NCBI RefSeq assembly: GCF_006345805.1
Contig: NW_021834909.1
Span: 1-44,683, forward strand
Reading direction: 5' to 3'
DNA from: Octopus sinensis
Taxonomy: Eukaryota
DNA length: 44,683 nucleotides
The notes under the pieces are model-generated. The model made no database searches. It was not told where the DNA came from and saw nothing but the letters and a program-made list of their open reading frames with translations. Positions within the stretch are counted from its first letter, which is position 1. Each line of letters starts with the position of its first letter. The position numbers and the translations under genes are program-made. Positions 13,130 to 23,728 of the stretch are shown piece after piece.

Positions 13130-14704
13130 AAACCGGCCTGCAAGGGTGGAGCCGTGGTGGTGTGACGCACGGACATCTACAATGCTGAAGCTCTCCGCCA
13201 ACTTCAAGACACCTCATTCTTCTGCACTCTGCCCTTCAACCCCACGCTTACCTACCATCAGACGGTGTCCTCCTTTGTCCATGACCCCATCTCTTGCTCC
13301 CGTCTCCATCCCGCCGTATGCAACGTCATTGTTCCCCCTCCTCGCACCTCCACCATTTGCTTACCTCCCCAAATCCACAAACACAACAACCCTGGTCGCT
13401 CCATCGTCCCTGCTTGTAACTGTCCCACGGAGCTTATCTCTCAATACCTCGATCGTGTCCTTACCCCACTACTGGTTTCCCTCCTATCACACATCCATAA
13501 CACTGACCATGCTCTTCGTCTGCTTCTTCTTCCCTCCTGGTCTCTGTAAACTCTTCTTCACTCTTGATATCGAGAGTCTATATACGGTGTCCCCACACCA
13601 CGAAGGACTTCTTGCCCTCAAACGTTTCCTAGACCTTTGACCCAACCCCAAACATGACACGTCCACAATTTTTCCTCTGGCCGAACTTGTTCTCTCTCTC
13701 AACAGCTTCTTGTTCGCGAGGGAGTTTTACAAACATTTCTCGGGAGTGTCCATGGGAACGAGAACGGGGCCCAACTATGCTATGCGGACCTGTTCGCTGG
13801 CTACGTTGAAGCCCAAATATTTTGAAGATTCACTGGTCCCACTCCCAAACTATAGGGTCTTTATATTCATGCCTGTATCGGTTCGCAAACAACTAGTCTC
13901 CTTCCTCTCTTTTTTCAAATCCTTCCATCCTGCCCTCGAATTCCCCTACACCATTTCCAACACTTCCGTCGCCTTTCTCGACATTTCGGTCAACATACAC
14001 AACTTCACACTCACTATCTCCATCCACTACAAATACAGTGACTTACACTCATACCTCAACTTCTCCTTCTCTTCCATTACTCAAACCAAGCCCTCCATCC
14101 CCCACTCCTCATTCACCCGTCTGCGCAGGATCTACAGTGACAACCATAAATTCGAGACTCGGTCTCAACTCATGGCTCGCCACTTCATTCTTCGTGGCTA
14201 TCCTCTCACCACTAACCACACCGCCCTCGCCAGAGCACGTTCCTCTGGCCTCTCCACTCGCACTTGCCCCGCCGTTTCTCGTTTCCCGTTTCCAGCTACC
14301 AATCATCCTTACCTACCACTCATCCACCTTGCCTCTCCAACGCATTAATCTCCGAGCCTTCCGACGACTCAACTCCGACAAATCTAATTCGCACATCTCT
14401 CCCGACCTACCCCTCCCATCTGTAAACGAGCCCACAACCTACGTGACCACATGGTCCACAATTTCTTCCCTAACCCCACCTCCCGACCTTTCTCGTTTCC
14501 CTGCTCCCGCCACGGTGTCCCACTTATCCCTACCGCTCCAACACCACCAATCTCACAGGTACCCATCATAACACTGACTCCTATACAGGCACTTCTAGCA
14601 ACATCATTTACTGCACCTTCTGCACTTTCTGTCCTCTCTACATCGGTCAAACACCTGCTTCGTCTTTTCATACACCTGGCTTCGTCTTTTGTTTTTTCTG
14701 CAAA

Positions 14705-14706
<2 letters not shown>
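13130..14706 (+). mobile_element. Penelope-like retroelement, 5'-truncated, decayed RT + GIY-YIG
   Basis: Motifs across frames: KPACKGGAVVV, PQIHKHNNPGRSIV..CNCPTELISQYLD, FTLDIESLYT, GVSMGTRTGPNYA, FLDISV, IHYK.SDLHSYLNF, SIPHS.FTRLRRIYSD, RGYP, SNIIYC..C..CPLYIGQT. Flanked by (TA)n. Confidence 0.95.
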
Positions 14707-14748
<42 letters not shown>

Positions 14749-14749
14749 A

Positions 14750-15136
14750 TTCTTCTATTCTTTTACTTGCTTCAGTCATTTTACTGGAGCCATGCAGGGG
14801 CACCGCCTTTAGTCGTAGAAATCGACCCAGAACTTATTCTTTGTTATTCTTTGTAAGCCTACTACTTATCCTATCGGTTTATTTTTGCTGAACCGCTAGT
14901 TTACAGGGACGTAAACACTCCAAAATCGGTTGTCAATCGATGGTGGAGGGATAAAGACAGACAGAGACACAGACATATATGCATATATACATATATACAA
15001 CGGGCTTCTTTTAGTTTCCGTCTGCCAATTCCACTCACAAGGCTTTGGTCAGCCCAAGGTGTCACACAGTCGAAATGTACCCTGAACCATGTGGTTGGTA
15101 AGCAAGCTTCTTACCACACAGCCGTGCTGCGCCTAT
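14750..15136 (-). mobile_element. SINE family A
   Basis: Same motifs, with a small internal deletion. Confidence 0.88.
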
Positions 15137-15173
15137 ACATATGTATATGTGTGCATATATATATATATATGGG

Positions 15174-15625
15174 GCAGTTGTATATTATCAACTTAAAGTG
15201 CCAGTCCCATAAAGAGAATCACACCACCGCTATTTACCCCTAGGAAGCATCAACGCTTCCTGTCGGACTTGACACATTTCCTTTATCCTTATGTTTACAA
15301 GGGGGAGACAAGCACCCACAATCCAGCTAAGCCTGCATCCAGTGACTAGTTTCTGAGTCTTGCTCGTCATCAGCCTGGAGTAGCATGGCGTGCTAGCTGC
15401 AGATGCCTGTCTAAACCTTGCAAACATGTATAATAATTCCAGTGAAATATATCCACTGATTACAAAAAATAGAAATGTTACAGAGAGATATAAGCAGTGG
15501 TGGTATGATAGAGCAGTTGTATATTGTCAACGTGACAGTCCAATAAAGGGAATCACACCACCGCTATTTAGCCCTAGGAAGCATCAATGCTTCCTGTGGG
15601 CATGACACATTTCCTGTGTCCTCTG
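15174..15625 (-). mobile_element. ~1.3 copies of a ~339-bp non-coding unit (retrozyme/pLTR-like)
   Basis: Direct repeats at 15174-15289 and 15513-15621, (TA)n on both sides, and a central hammerhead. Confidence 0.75.
15338..15379 (-). ncRNA. Minimal type I hammerhead ribozyme
   Basis: UCCAGG-CUGAUGA-C-GAGCAAGACUC-A-GAAAC-UA-GUC-ACUGGA: exact core, GUC site, palindromic ACUAGU stem III, UCCAG/CUGGA stem I. Confidence 0.75.
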
Positions 15626-15674
15626 TATACATATATATGTATCTATATATATAATATATATATATATATATAAT

Positions 15675-15705
<31 letters not shown>

Positions 15706-16136
15706 TTATGTTATATATATATATATATGTATGTGTTGTATACATGTATACATATATATATACATGTATATATATATATAAACATGTATATACATTTACA
15801 TATGTACGTATATATACATACATACATATATATATATATAATACAGACCACATCATACATTTATACAAGTATATTTATGCATACACACACGTGAATAGGA
15901 CACACGTATGCATGCTTGCATGTGCGTTTATATGCATTTCTGTGTTTGTGCGTGTGTGAGTGTGTCATCATATGTGTGTGTGAGTGTGTGTGAGGGTGTG
16001 TGTACGCGCACGCACGCGCGTGTTCAGACATACATTATTCTGCTATTTACACATTAAAAACGTGTTCCAGAATTTACACGTCTTAGATCGTTTCCAATAA
16101 ACACATCTTCTATTGCAGTTTTCTTACATTGTCTTT

Positions 16137-16186
<50 letters not shown>

Positions 16187-16277
16187 CACAAAACATTTTA
16201 AAACCACAAAACATCCCAACAAAGGACAACAAAAATATAAAACAAAATAATGTTAAAGGAAACAATATTAACAATCT

Positions 16278-16296
16278 ATTATTATCATTACAATTA

Positions 16297-16327
<31 letters not shown>

Positions 16328-16396
16328 ATTATTATTATTATTATTTTATTATCATTACTATATTCATTATTATTATTATTATTATTATTACTATTA

Positions 16397-16435
<39 letters not shown>

Positions 16436-16456
16436 TATTATTATTATATTATTATA

Positions 16457-16492
<36 letters not shown>
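16278..16492. repeat. (ATT)n microsatellite, imperfect
   Basis: Direct reading. Confidence 0.97.
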
Positions 16493-16493
<1 letters not shown>

Positions 16494-16936
16494 ATTGTTG
16501 GTATTGTTATTGTTATAGTCCTGTTCTCGCTCTTGTTTTTGTTATTGTTGCAGTTATGTATCTTCTTTTCATCTGTACCGCTCCCTAGAAAATAATTTAC
16601 TCCCAAATTAGCCGCCTATTAAATTCTACATAGAAACGCCATTGAAAAAATTTCCAACACAAAACAGCGGAGGATTATTTGAAGAGAGTGGGGGGTCGAT
16701 GGTGGTTGGGGGGGATCCTAATTACAAATATTCGGTGTCGATATGTATTTATCATCATTATACAATAGACAATAATCTAGGTTTCGTCCTTTCTTCTCAA
16801 CCATTGTATATAAAATTTGTACAAACACACACACACAAATAATATATACATCTATATTTGTATATATATTTATGTACGTATTTATATAGTTATGTATTAC
16901 ATTATATGCATTATAAATATATAAACGTATATGTGC

Positions 16937-16979
<43 letters not shown>

Positions 16980-17691
16980 ACACGCGAGTACATATATATA
17001 TATATATATATATACTCGCGTTGTGTTTTTCTAGGTGTGTAGCTTCACCTATTTCTACCCTTCTTTTAGATTTATATAATATCTGTGTTTGATATTTTAA
17101 AATAGTATTGTTTGTTTCGCTCCCATAAACTATATTTGACTCTGTGCATGTGTATATTTATATAAATATATTTATAAAGGAAGGCAAACGTGTGTTGTTG
17201 TGCGCTTGTGCTCTCGTATGCTTTGGCGTTTGTGTGTTTATGTGTATGAATATACAAATCCATAAATTCACATATATTTGCATGCAAATGTTTAGTTATA
17301 CCCATGCAGACACACACAAGCACATATGCACGCACACACAATCACGGATTAAACACATTACATACATACATATATTTCTCCTATATATATATATATATGT
17401 ACAAGGTAGTAAACATTATGTATGTTGATAGAAGCGAATTTAAAATATAGTACAGACAACGCAAGCGGTTACGCACATACGCACACAAGCACACAACTGC
17501 TCTCTCTCTCTCTCTCACCCACACTCATATACAAATTCAAATACATATACATACACTCACGTATACACAAGTAATTCAACCCCCCCACACACATATATTA
17601 CTAACTAGATAAAAATAGATAGACATAATTATACATATGAATACGTGTGTGTTTGTGTGTGTATGCGTGTGTGTTTGTGTGTGTATGCGTG

Positions 17692-17761
<70 letters not shown>

Positions 17762-17793
17762 GTATGTAAATGTCTGTACCAGTGAGTTTATAT

Positions 17794-17958
17794 AGGCATA
17801 GGAGCGGCTGTGTGGTAAGTAGCTAGCTTACGAACCACATGGTTGCAGGTTCAGCCCCACTGCGTGGCACCTTGAGCAAGTGTTTCTACTATAGTTTAGG
17901 ACCGACCAAAGCCCTGTGAGTTGATTTGGTTGACGGAAACTGAAAGTATCCCGTCGTA
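17794..17958 (+). mobile_element. SINE family A, 5' half
   Basis: ggctgtgtggtaagtagc..ggttcagccccactgcgtggcaccttgagcaagtg..gacggaaactgaaag, ending at the internal (TA)n. Confidence 0.88.
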
Positions 17959-18169
17959 TATATGTACATAAATATATGCATATATTATATATATATATAT
18001 ATATTATATATAGATATATATATATATATATATATTTAAAATTATAAATTAGGGTATCTACGAGATACCACCATGCTAAAAGTAGCAGCCATGATCTGAC
18101 TCTAAAACCACCTTAACATGGAGAGAAAACAACAAAACCAAGATGAAACTAGTAAAAAATTAATGGATA

Positions 18170-18228
18170 ATTCTAAATCCGGGATTTCTGACTTTGCATT
18201 TAGGAATGCTTTGCCTGATCAGTAGAAT
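18170..18228 (-). ncRNA. Hammerhead-like fold, core CUGAUCA (probably inactive)
   Basis: AUUCUA-CUGAUCA-GGC..GCAUU..AAUGC..GUC-A-GAAA-UCCCGGA-UU-UAGAAU, inside a ~200-bp (TA)n-bounded insert. Confidence 0.5.
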
Positions 18229-18294
18229 ACACATAGAAAGAAAAACATAAATACATATATATATATATAAATACATATATATATATATATATAG

Positions 18295-18326
<32 letters not shown>

Positions 18327-18711
18327 AATACATATATAATATGTATTATATATCTATATATATATATAATATAATATATATATATATATAAATATAAATA
18401 CAACATGCGATACACACACACACACGCATCATTCGTACACTTTCACTCGAGCGCGCGCACACACGCACACACACATATATCTTGCATGATATATGTACAT
18501 CTGTATACATAGTCGACAGGCCATGTACTGCTGTATTTGAACAGAGGTAACATGTCTTATGGATTTGTGGTTTTAAGTGTACAATGAATAACAGAGCAAG
18601 ACAAAAAATCTATTCTCGAAAAGAAGCCCTTCATATTGAAATATTATTATAACTTATCCTTTCCTCTCCCTGATTCTGTTTCATAGTGTAGCTATTCAGA
18701 AATGGAAGATA

Positions 18712-19075
18712 TTTTTTCTACTGTAGGCACAAGGCCCACAGTTTTTAAGGAGGGTGCCAGTCGATTAGATCGACCCCAGTACGCAACAATGAAAGTCAAA
18801 GTCGACCTTGGTGTAATTTGAACTCAGAACGTGAAGACAGACCAAATACCTGTTTCTTTATTACCCACAAGAGGCTAAATATAGAGGGGACAAACAAGGA
18901 CAGACAAACAGATTAAATCGATTATATCGACCCCAGTGCGTAACTGGTACTTATTTAATCGACCCCGAAAGGATGGGAGGCAAACCGACCTTGGCGGAAT
19001 TTGAACTCAGAACTTAACGGCAGACGAAATACAGCTACGCATTTCGCCCGGCGTGCTAACGCATTCCGCCGGCTT
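18712..19075 (-). mobile_element. SINE family C, partially duplicated copy
   Basis: Two successive tcgaccccagt...gaactcagaac blocks. Confidence 0.85.
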
Positions 19076-19164
19076 AGAAAAAGAAGGATATTAAACTGTA
19101 CTACAGTGGACAATGTTGTTCTGTTTCATATTTTGTTTAACGTCGTCTGTCTTCAAATTCCGCC

Positions 19165-19316
19165 GTTCTGAGTTCAAATTCCGCCGAGGTCGACTTTGCC
19201 TTTCATCCATTTGGGGGTCAATAAATTAAGTACCAGTTATGTATTGGGGATCGATCTAATCGACTGGGCCCCCACCCCAAAATCTCCGGCCTTGTGCCAA
19301 AAGTAGAGAAGAATAT
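19165..19316 (+). mobile_element. SINE family C
   Basis: gttctgagttcaaattccgccgaggtcgactttgcctttcatcc..aagtaccagt. Confidence 0.85.
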
Positions 19317-19834
19317 TTTGCTTAATGTATACAAAATAGGCGCTAAGTTAATTTCTTTTAATCATCCCTATTTTGAATAGATAAAAGGGATTTATAATTC
19401 TTTTTGTGGAAACCCTTCCACAGTTGCTCCTGCTTACCGTGTTAAAATCGTAAAACAAACGTGCCAATTTAATGAATAGGCTCGAATTTTGTTCATCGTG
19501 TTCTGCTGAAGCCGTCTTGTAACTAGGAGATTATCCGTTCAGCCTAGATCAGCATAGAAGTTAAACTGTGATTCTGGTGTGGTGCTTTCTGAAGTTCATG
19601 ATCGGTGTTTTAATGAAATGTAATTGACGGAAGTGCAGTCGATGGATGTGCTGCCACTATTTTGATGGAGTCAATAGTTTTGTCTTCTTTTCCCAACGAA
19701 ATAAAATGTGATGTGTGTTTATCTGGTTACAAGTATTTATGCTCTATAGATATAGAGCTCTTACGGGGAAGCAACCTTCCATTTCATCGCGATTTCTGAT
19801 GAAATATTATCTGTTTCATATTTAATTTTTTTCA

Positions 19835-20057
19835 TGGCGGTGATATGGCTGAATCGATAGTGTAGTGCACAGGATAAAATGCTTAGCGGTGTCTCTTCCG
19901 TCATTACTTTCTGGGTCGAAATACGGTAGAAGTCAACTTAGCTTTACATACTTTCGCGGCCGAGATAAAAAGAACCCGTTAAGTACTAGTGTTGAGGTAA
20001 TCAACTAATCTTCTTCCCTAATATTGCAGGTATTATGCCTATAACAGACAGGATTAG
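19835..20057 (+). mobile_element. SINE family C, old diverged copy
   Basis: ggcggtga..tggc.gaatcg head and a degenerate gtcaacttagctttacatactttcg core. Confidence 0.6.
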
Positions 20058-20152
20058 TTTAAGGTTGTGTTGACAGCACCGCAGCAGAATTGGTCTTTAG
20101 TCAAAGATGACGGATGAATTCCCCAATAGCTGTCGAAACCAGATGTTTATGT

Positions 20153-20464
20153 GAAGGCGCATGGCTCAGTGGTTAGAGCACCGAGCTTACGATCATGAGG
20201 TTGTGAGTTCGAATCCCGGACCGGGCTGCGAGTTGTGTTCTTGAGCAAGACACTTTATTTCACGTTGCTCCAGTTCACTCAGCTGTAGAAATGAGTTGCG
20301 ACGTCACAGGTGCCAAGCTGCATCGGCCCTTTTGCTTTTCGCTTGGATAACACCGGTGACGTGGAGAGGGGAGGCCAGTATGCATAGGCGACTGCTGGTC
20401 TTCCATAAACAACCTCGCCCGGACTTGTGCAATCCCATGGTCAGTCATGACCGAAGGAAGTCTC
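20153..20464 (+). mobile_element. tRNA-derived CORE-like SINE (family D)
   Basis: A box TGGCTCAGTGG, B box GAGTTCGAATCCC, then ttgtgttcttgagcaagacacttta (CORE-like). Confidence 0.85.
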
Positions 20465-21127
20465 AATGTTGTAGGAGCTGGTAAAGCCTTGATGCTCCAC
20501 TATTGCTGACACAACTTCTGTAAAGGACTGATAGCGTGATATTTGGACGTTGTCACATATATACTCCTGTTGACATGAAATGTCTATATCATTCACATAG
20601 ATTTTATGTGTATCTTAACTTGCTAGATGCGTCGGGATTTTCTGGATTTCATCAGTCAACCATTTATTCTTGAGAATCGGAAGAAGAGAATGAAGCTCAC
20701 ACCGAATGAACTGTTACAGTTTTTCTACCTTGTGTGATGAGGGATTGCTCAGATTTTGATTTAGGGTTCAGTAGATATTGACCAGGATTTTCTTAACTGC
20801 AATGGCAGTCCTATCAACCAACCAGGAGTAGTTTCTTTTCATACTGAGCTCGATGATTTCGCCAGCGGCTCTAAGGAGTGTGGAACATAAGGAAAATTTC
20901 TCATGCGCACTATTCTGTGTGCATATGTATTTACGTGGGTATGCGTATATGTGTGTGTATGTGTATATGAATATGTGTCAGAAAGAGATTAAGTGCATGT
21001 GGGTGTATCTTTTAAAGTTTCCTTGTTTCATTCATTGGACTGCGACCATGGTGGAGCACCATCTTAAATGGTTTTGTCGAACAAGCCGTCACTAATGCTG
21101 CTCTTTGTCGTGTACATATACTATAGA

Positions 21128-21176
<49 letters not shown>

Positions 21177-21202
21177 TTATATGTATTATATATATATATA
21201 TA

Positions 21203-21256
21203 TAACGGGAAGCTTTATGAAAATAACAAAAGACGAAGGCAGGTGGAAAACAAACG

Positions 21257-21260
<4 letters not shown>
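21203..21260 (-). repeat. Partial third copy of the 2390 Penelope-type terminal repeat
   Basis: aacgggaagctttatgaaaataacaaaagacgaaggcaggtgga within (TA)n. Confidence 0.85.
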
Positions 21261-21307
<47 letters not shown>

Positions 21308-21338
21308 TATATAATATAAAACAAACGAACATATATAT

Positions 21339-21369
<31 letters not shown>

Positions 21370-21376
21370 AATATAA

Positions 21377-21460
<84 letters not shown>

Positions 21461-22149
21461 CTATATATAACGAATGTATACACACACTCCCCTACACGGA
21501 TAGGCATATGTATCCATTCATGATAATCGTCGTAGACATAGACATGTTTAGTAATTGAAAGATGTTTCATGAAAAATAAACATCGAAGGACTCGGGAGAA
21601 AAGCTCACGCAATCACAAACCGATAGACAGAGAACCGCGAATGCAAAAGAAACAGAAGCTAGAGATACGCAAACAACATTTTGCCTGTATGTGTATATAT
21701 ATATATGTGTGTGAGTGTGTGTGTGTATGTGTGTGTGTACTTGCAATACACACAAAAGCACATGTAGACTAATAACAAGATATATTTGCCAGACCAAACA
21801 TAACTTTGAATTTATGACGGAAAAGCAAACATCTATATACATTTTAGAGTTTGCCAAAAATTTTTCAGTAGTGGTGGTTCTCTTATTAGATTTGTTATCA
21901 GGAATCCTGCATGAGTAAAACAGAGAAATGAAGAGGCTTATCATACAAATGGTGTGTCTAAGTTACAAGGAATTAGCAACAGAAACTTTTTTTTTTCCTG
22001 GTTTCATGTTCCTCAGACAGAAAATAATAAACAAAAAAAAAACCCACATACACAAACAAATAAGCGAAAAAAGAAAGAAAATAACCTATTTAACGAAAAC
22101 AAAAAATCATAAAAATATTGTGTAAGATGGAACCGAAAAGAGTTTCCAA

Positions 22150-22165
22150 TTATTATTATTACTAA

Positions 22166-22241
<76 letters not shown>

Positions 22242-22250
22242 CATCATCAT
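22150..22250. repeat. (ATT)n/(ATC)n microsatellite
   Basis: Direct reading. Confidence 0.97.
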
Positions 22251-22600
22251 GTTTTTTTTGGCTTTTTTCTTAGTTATTATTGGTATTATTATTATCAATA
22301 AAAATATTGTTATTGATATTGTTATTATCAATATTACTCGCAGAACCAGTAGTAGCAGTACTGGAGTATTAGTAGTGGTATTAGTAGCTGTATTAATAGT
22401 AGTGGTAGTAGTATTTGTAGTGGTAATAGTAGTATTGGCTTGTTCCGTGTAGCATGTAATAATTTTCTTTGATTTCGATGTTTGACGCATTTAACCAACT
22501 GGCTTAAAAGAAAATCTCTTTTTACTGTGCTTCCGACAATCTCCCTATGTTCGGTGGTGTGTGTACGTTTGTACTTGTGTGTCCGCGTATATAGCATTGA

Positions 22601-22641
<41 letters not shown>

Positions 22642-23162
22642 ATTATATATATATTATTACATTCTTTTAATATCTCTACCGTTATTATATTTATACACGT
22701 ACATATATATATATATAATATATATACATATGATATATATTATATATATGTGTGTGTGTGTGTATTTATATGTTGTTTACATGCTGCATATACAAAGTCA
22801 TACAAGGTACTTATAAACTTATATATATATACACACACATATATATATATGCATATATATATATGTATATATATATACATATATATTATATATGTATGTA
22901 TATACATACGTATATTTTGATATGTATGCACGCAAACAATAAATGCATATGTTTATTCATTAATATAGTTATTTATATCGTTGGAATATATGTTTGAATT
23001 CCCCGATGATCGTGGAGGTCCAATCTTAATGCAGAAGCCTAATGTGCCACAGTGTCCGATATACAGCGATATTATTGGAATAGTTATCATACAACCCGCC
23101 ACACGCTCACACACACACATACCAACACATATATATGTGTATATATAATATATGTTATATAT

Positions 23163-23195
<33 letters not shown>

Positions 23196-23669
23196 TAATA
23201 TATATATTATATATTATATATATACATATATATAATATATGAACATGCGTACGAACCTACAGACGTAATATATAGACATACATACAAAACACAACACAAT
23301 CGCGGGCGCACAGCACAAAAACAGACGGACAAACACACTCACACACATGCATATGTGCATGTGTATGTATAAGGTTTTGAGTATGTATTTGTGTGTCTAC
23401 GTGTCTCGTCAATGATTCTACGAAAGCAAACATCGATTGATGGAAGAACTCGTTGCTGTAGCTAAAGTCAAATTTATTTTCGAAAACCGTTTGACGATAC
23501 ATTAAGCATCGCCTGTCAGCCTTTTCTTTATAGTGCACTCACAGTAACACACACATACACACACACATGCTCACACCGCAGACACACCACAAACTCCCCC
23601 CACAAATGTATACATGTACATATATATACATATATACATATATACATATGTATACATATATATATATAT

Positions 23670-23722
<53 letters not shown>

Positions 23723-23728
23723 TATATT

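Noticed and set aside
16560-16800. Unique patch as an enhancer or exon
   Set aside because: No splice or coding signal that I can support from sequence alone.
20153-20225. tRNA gene (also 720-795 on the minus strand)
   Set aside because: The A and B boxes continue into SINE bodies, with no clean acceptor stem or terminator.
19380-20880. Ancient LINE RT remnants between the SINEs (e.g. YVNDI on the minus strand near 20590)
   Set aside because: Only isolated weak motifs are visible. A profile search is needed.
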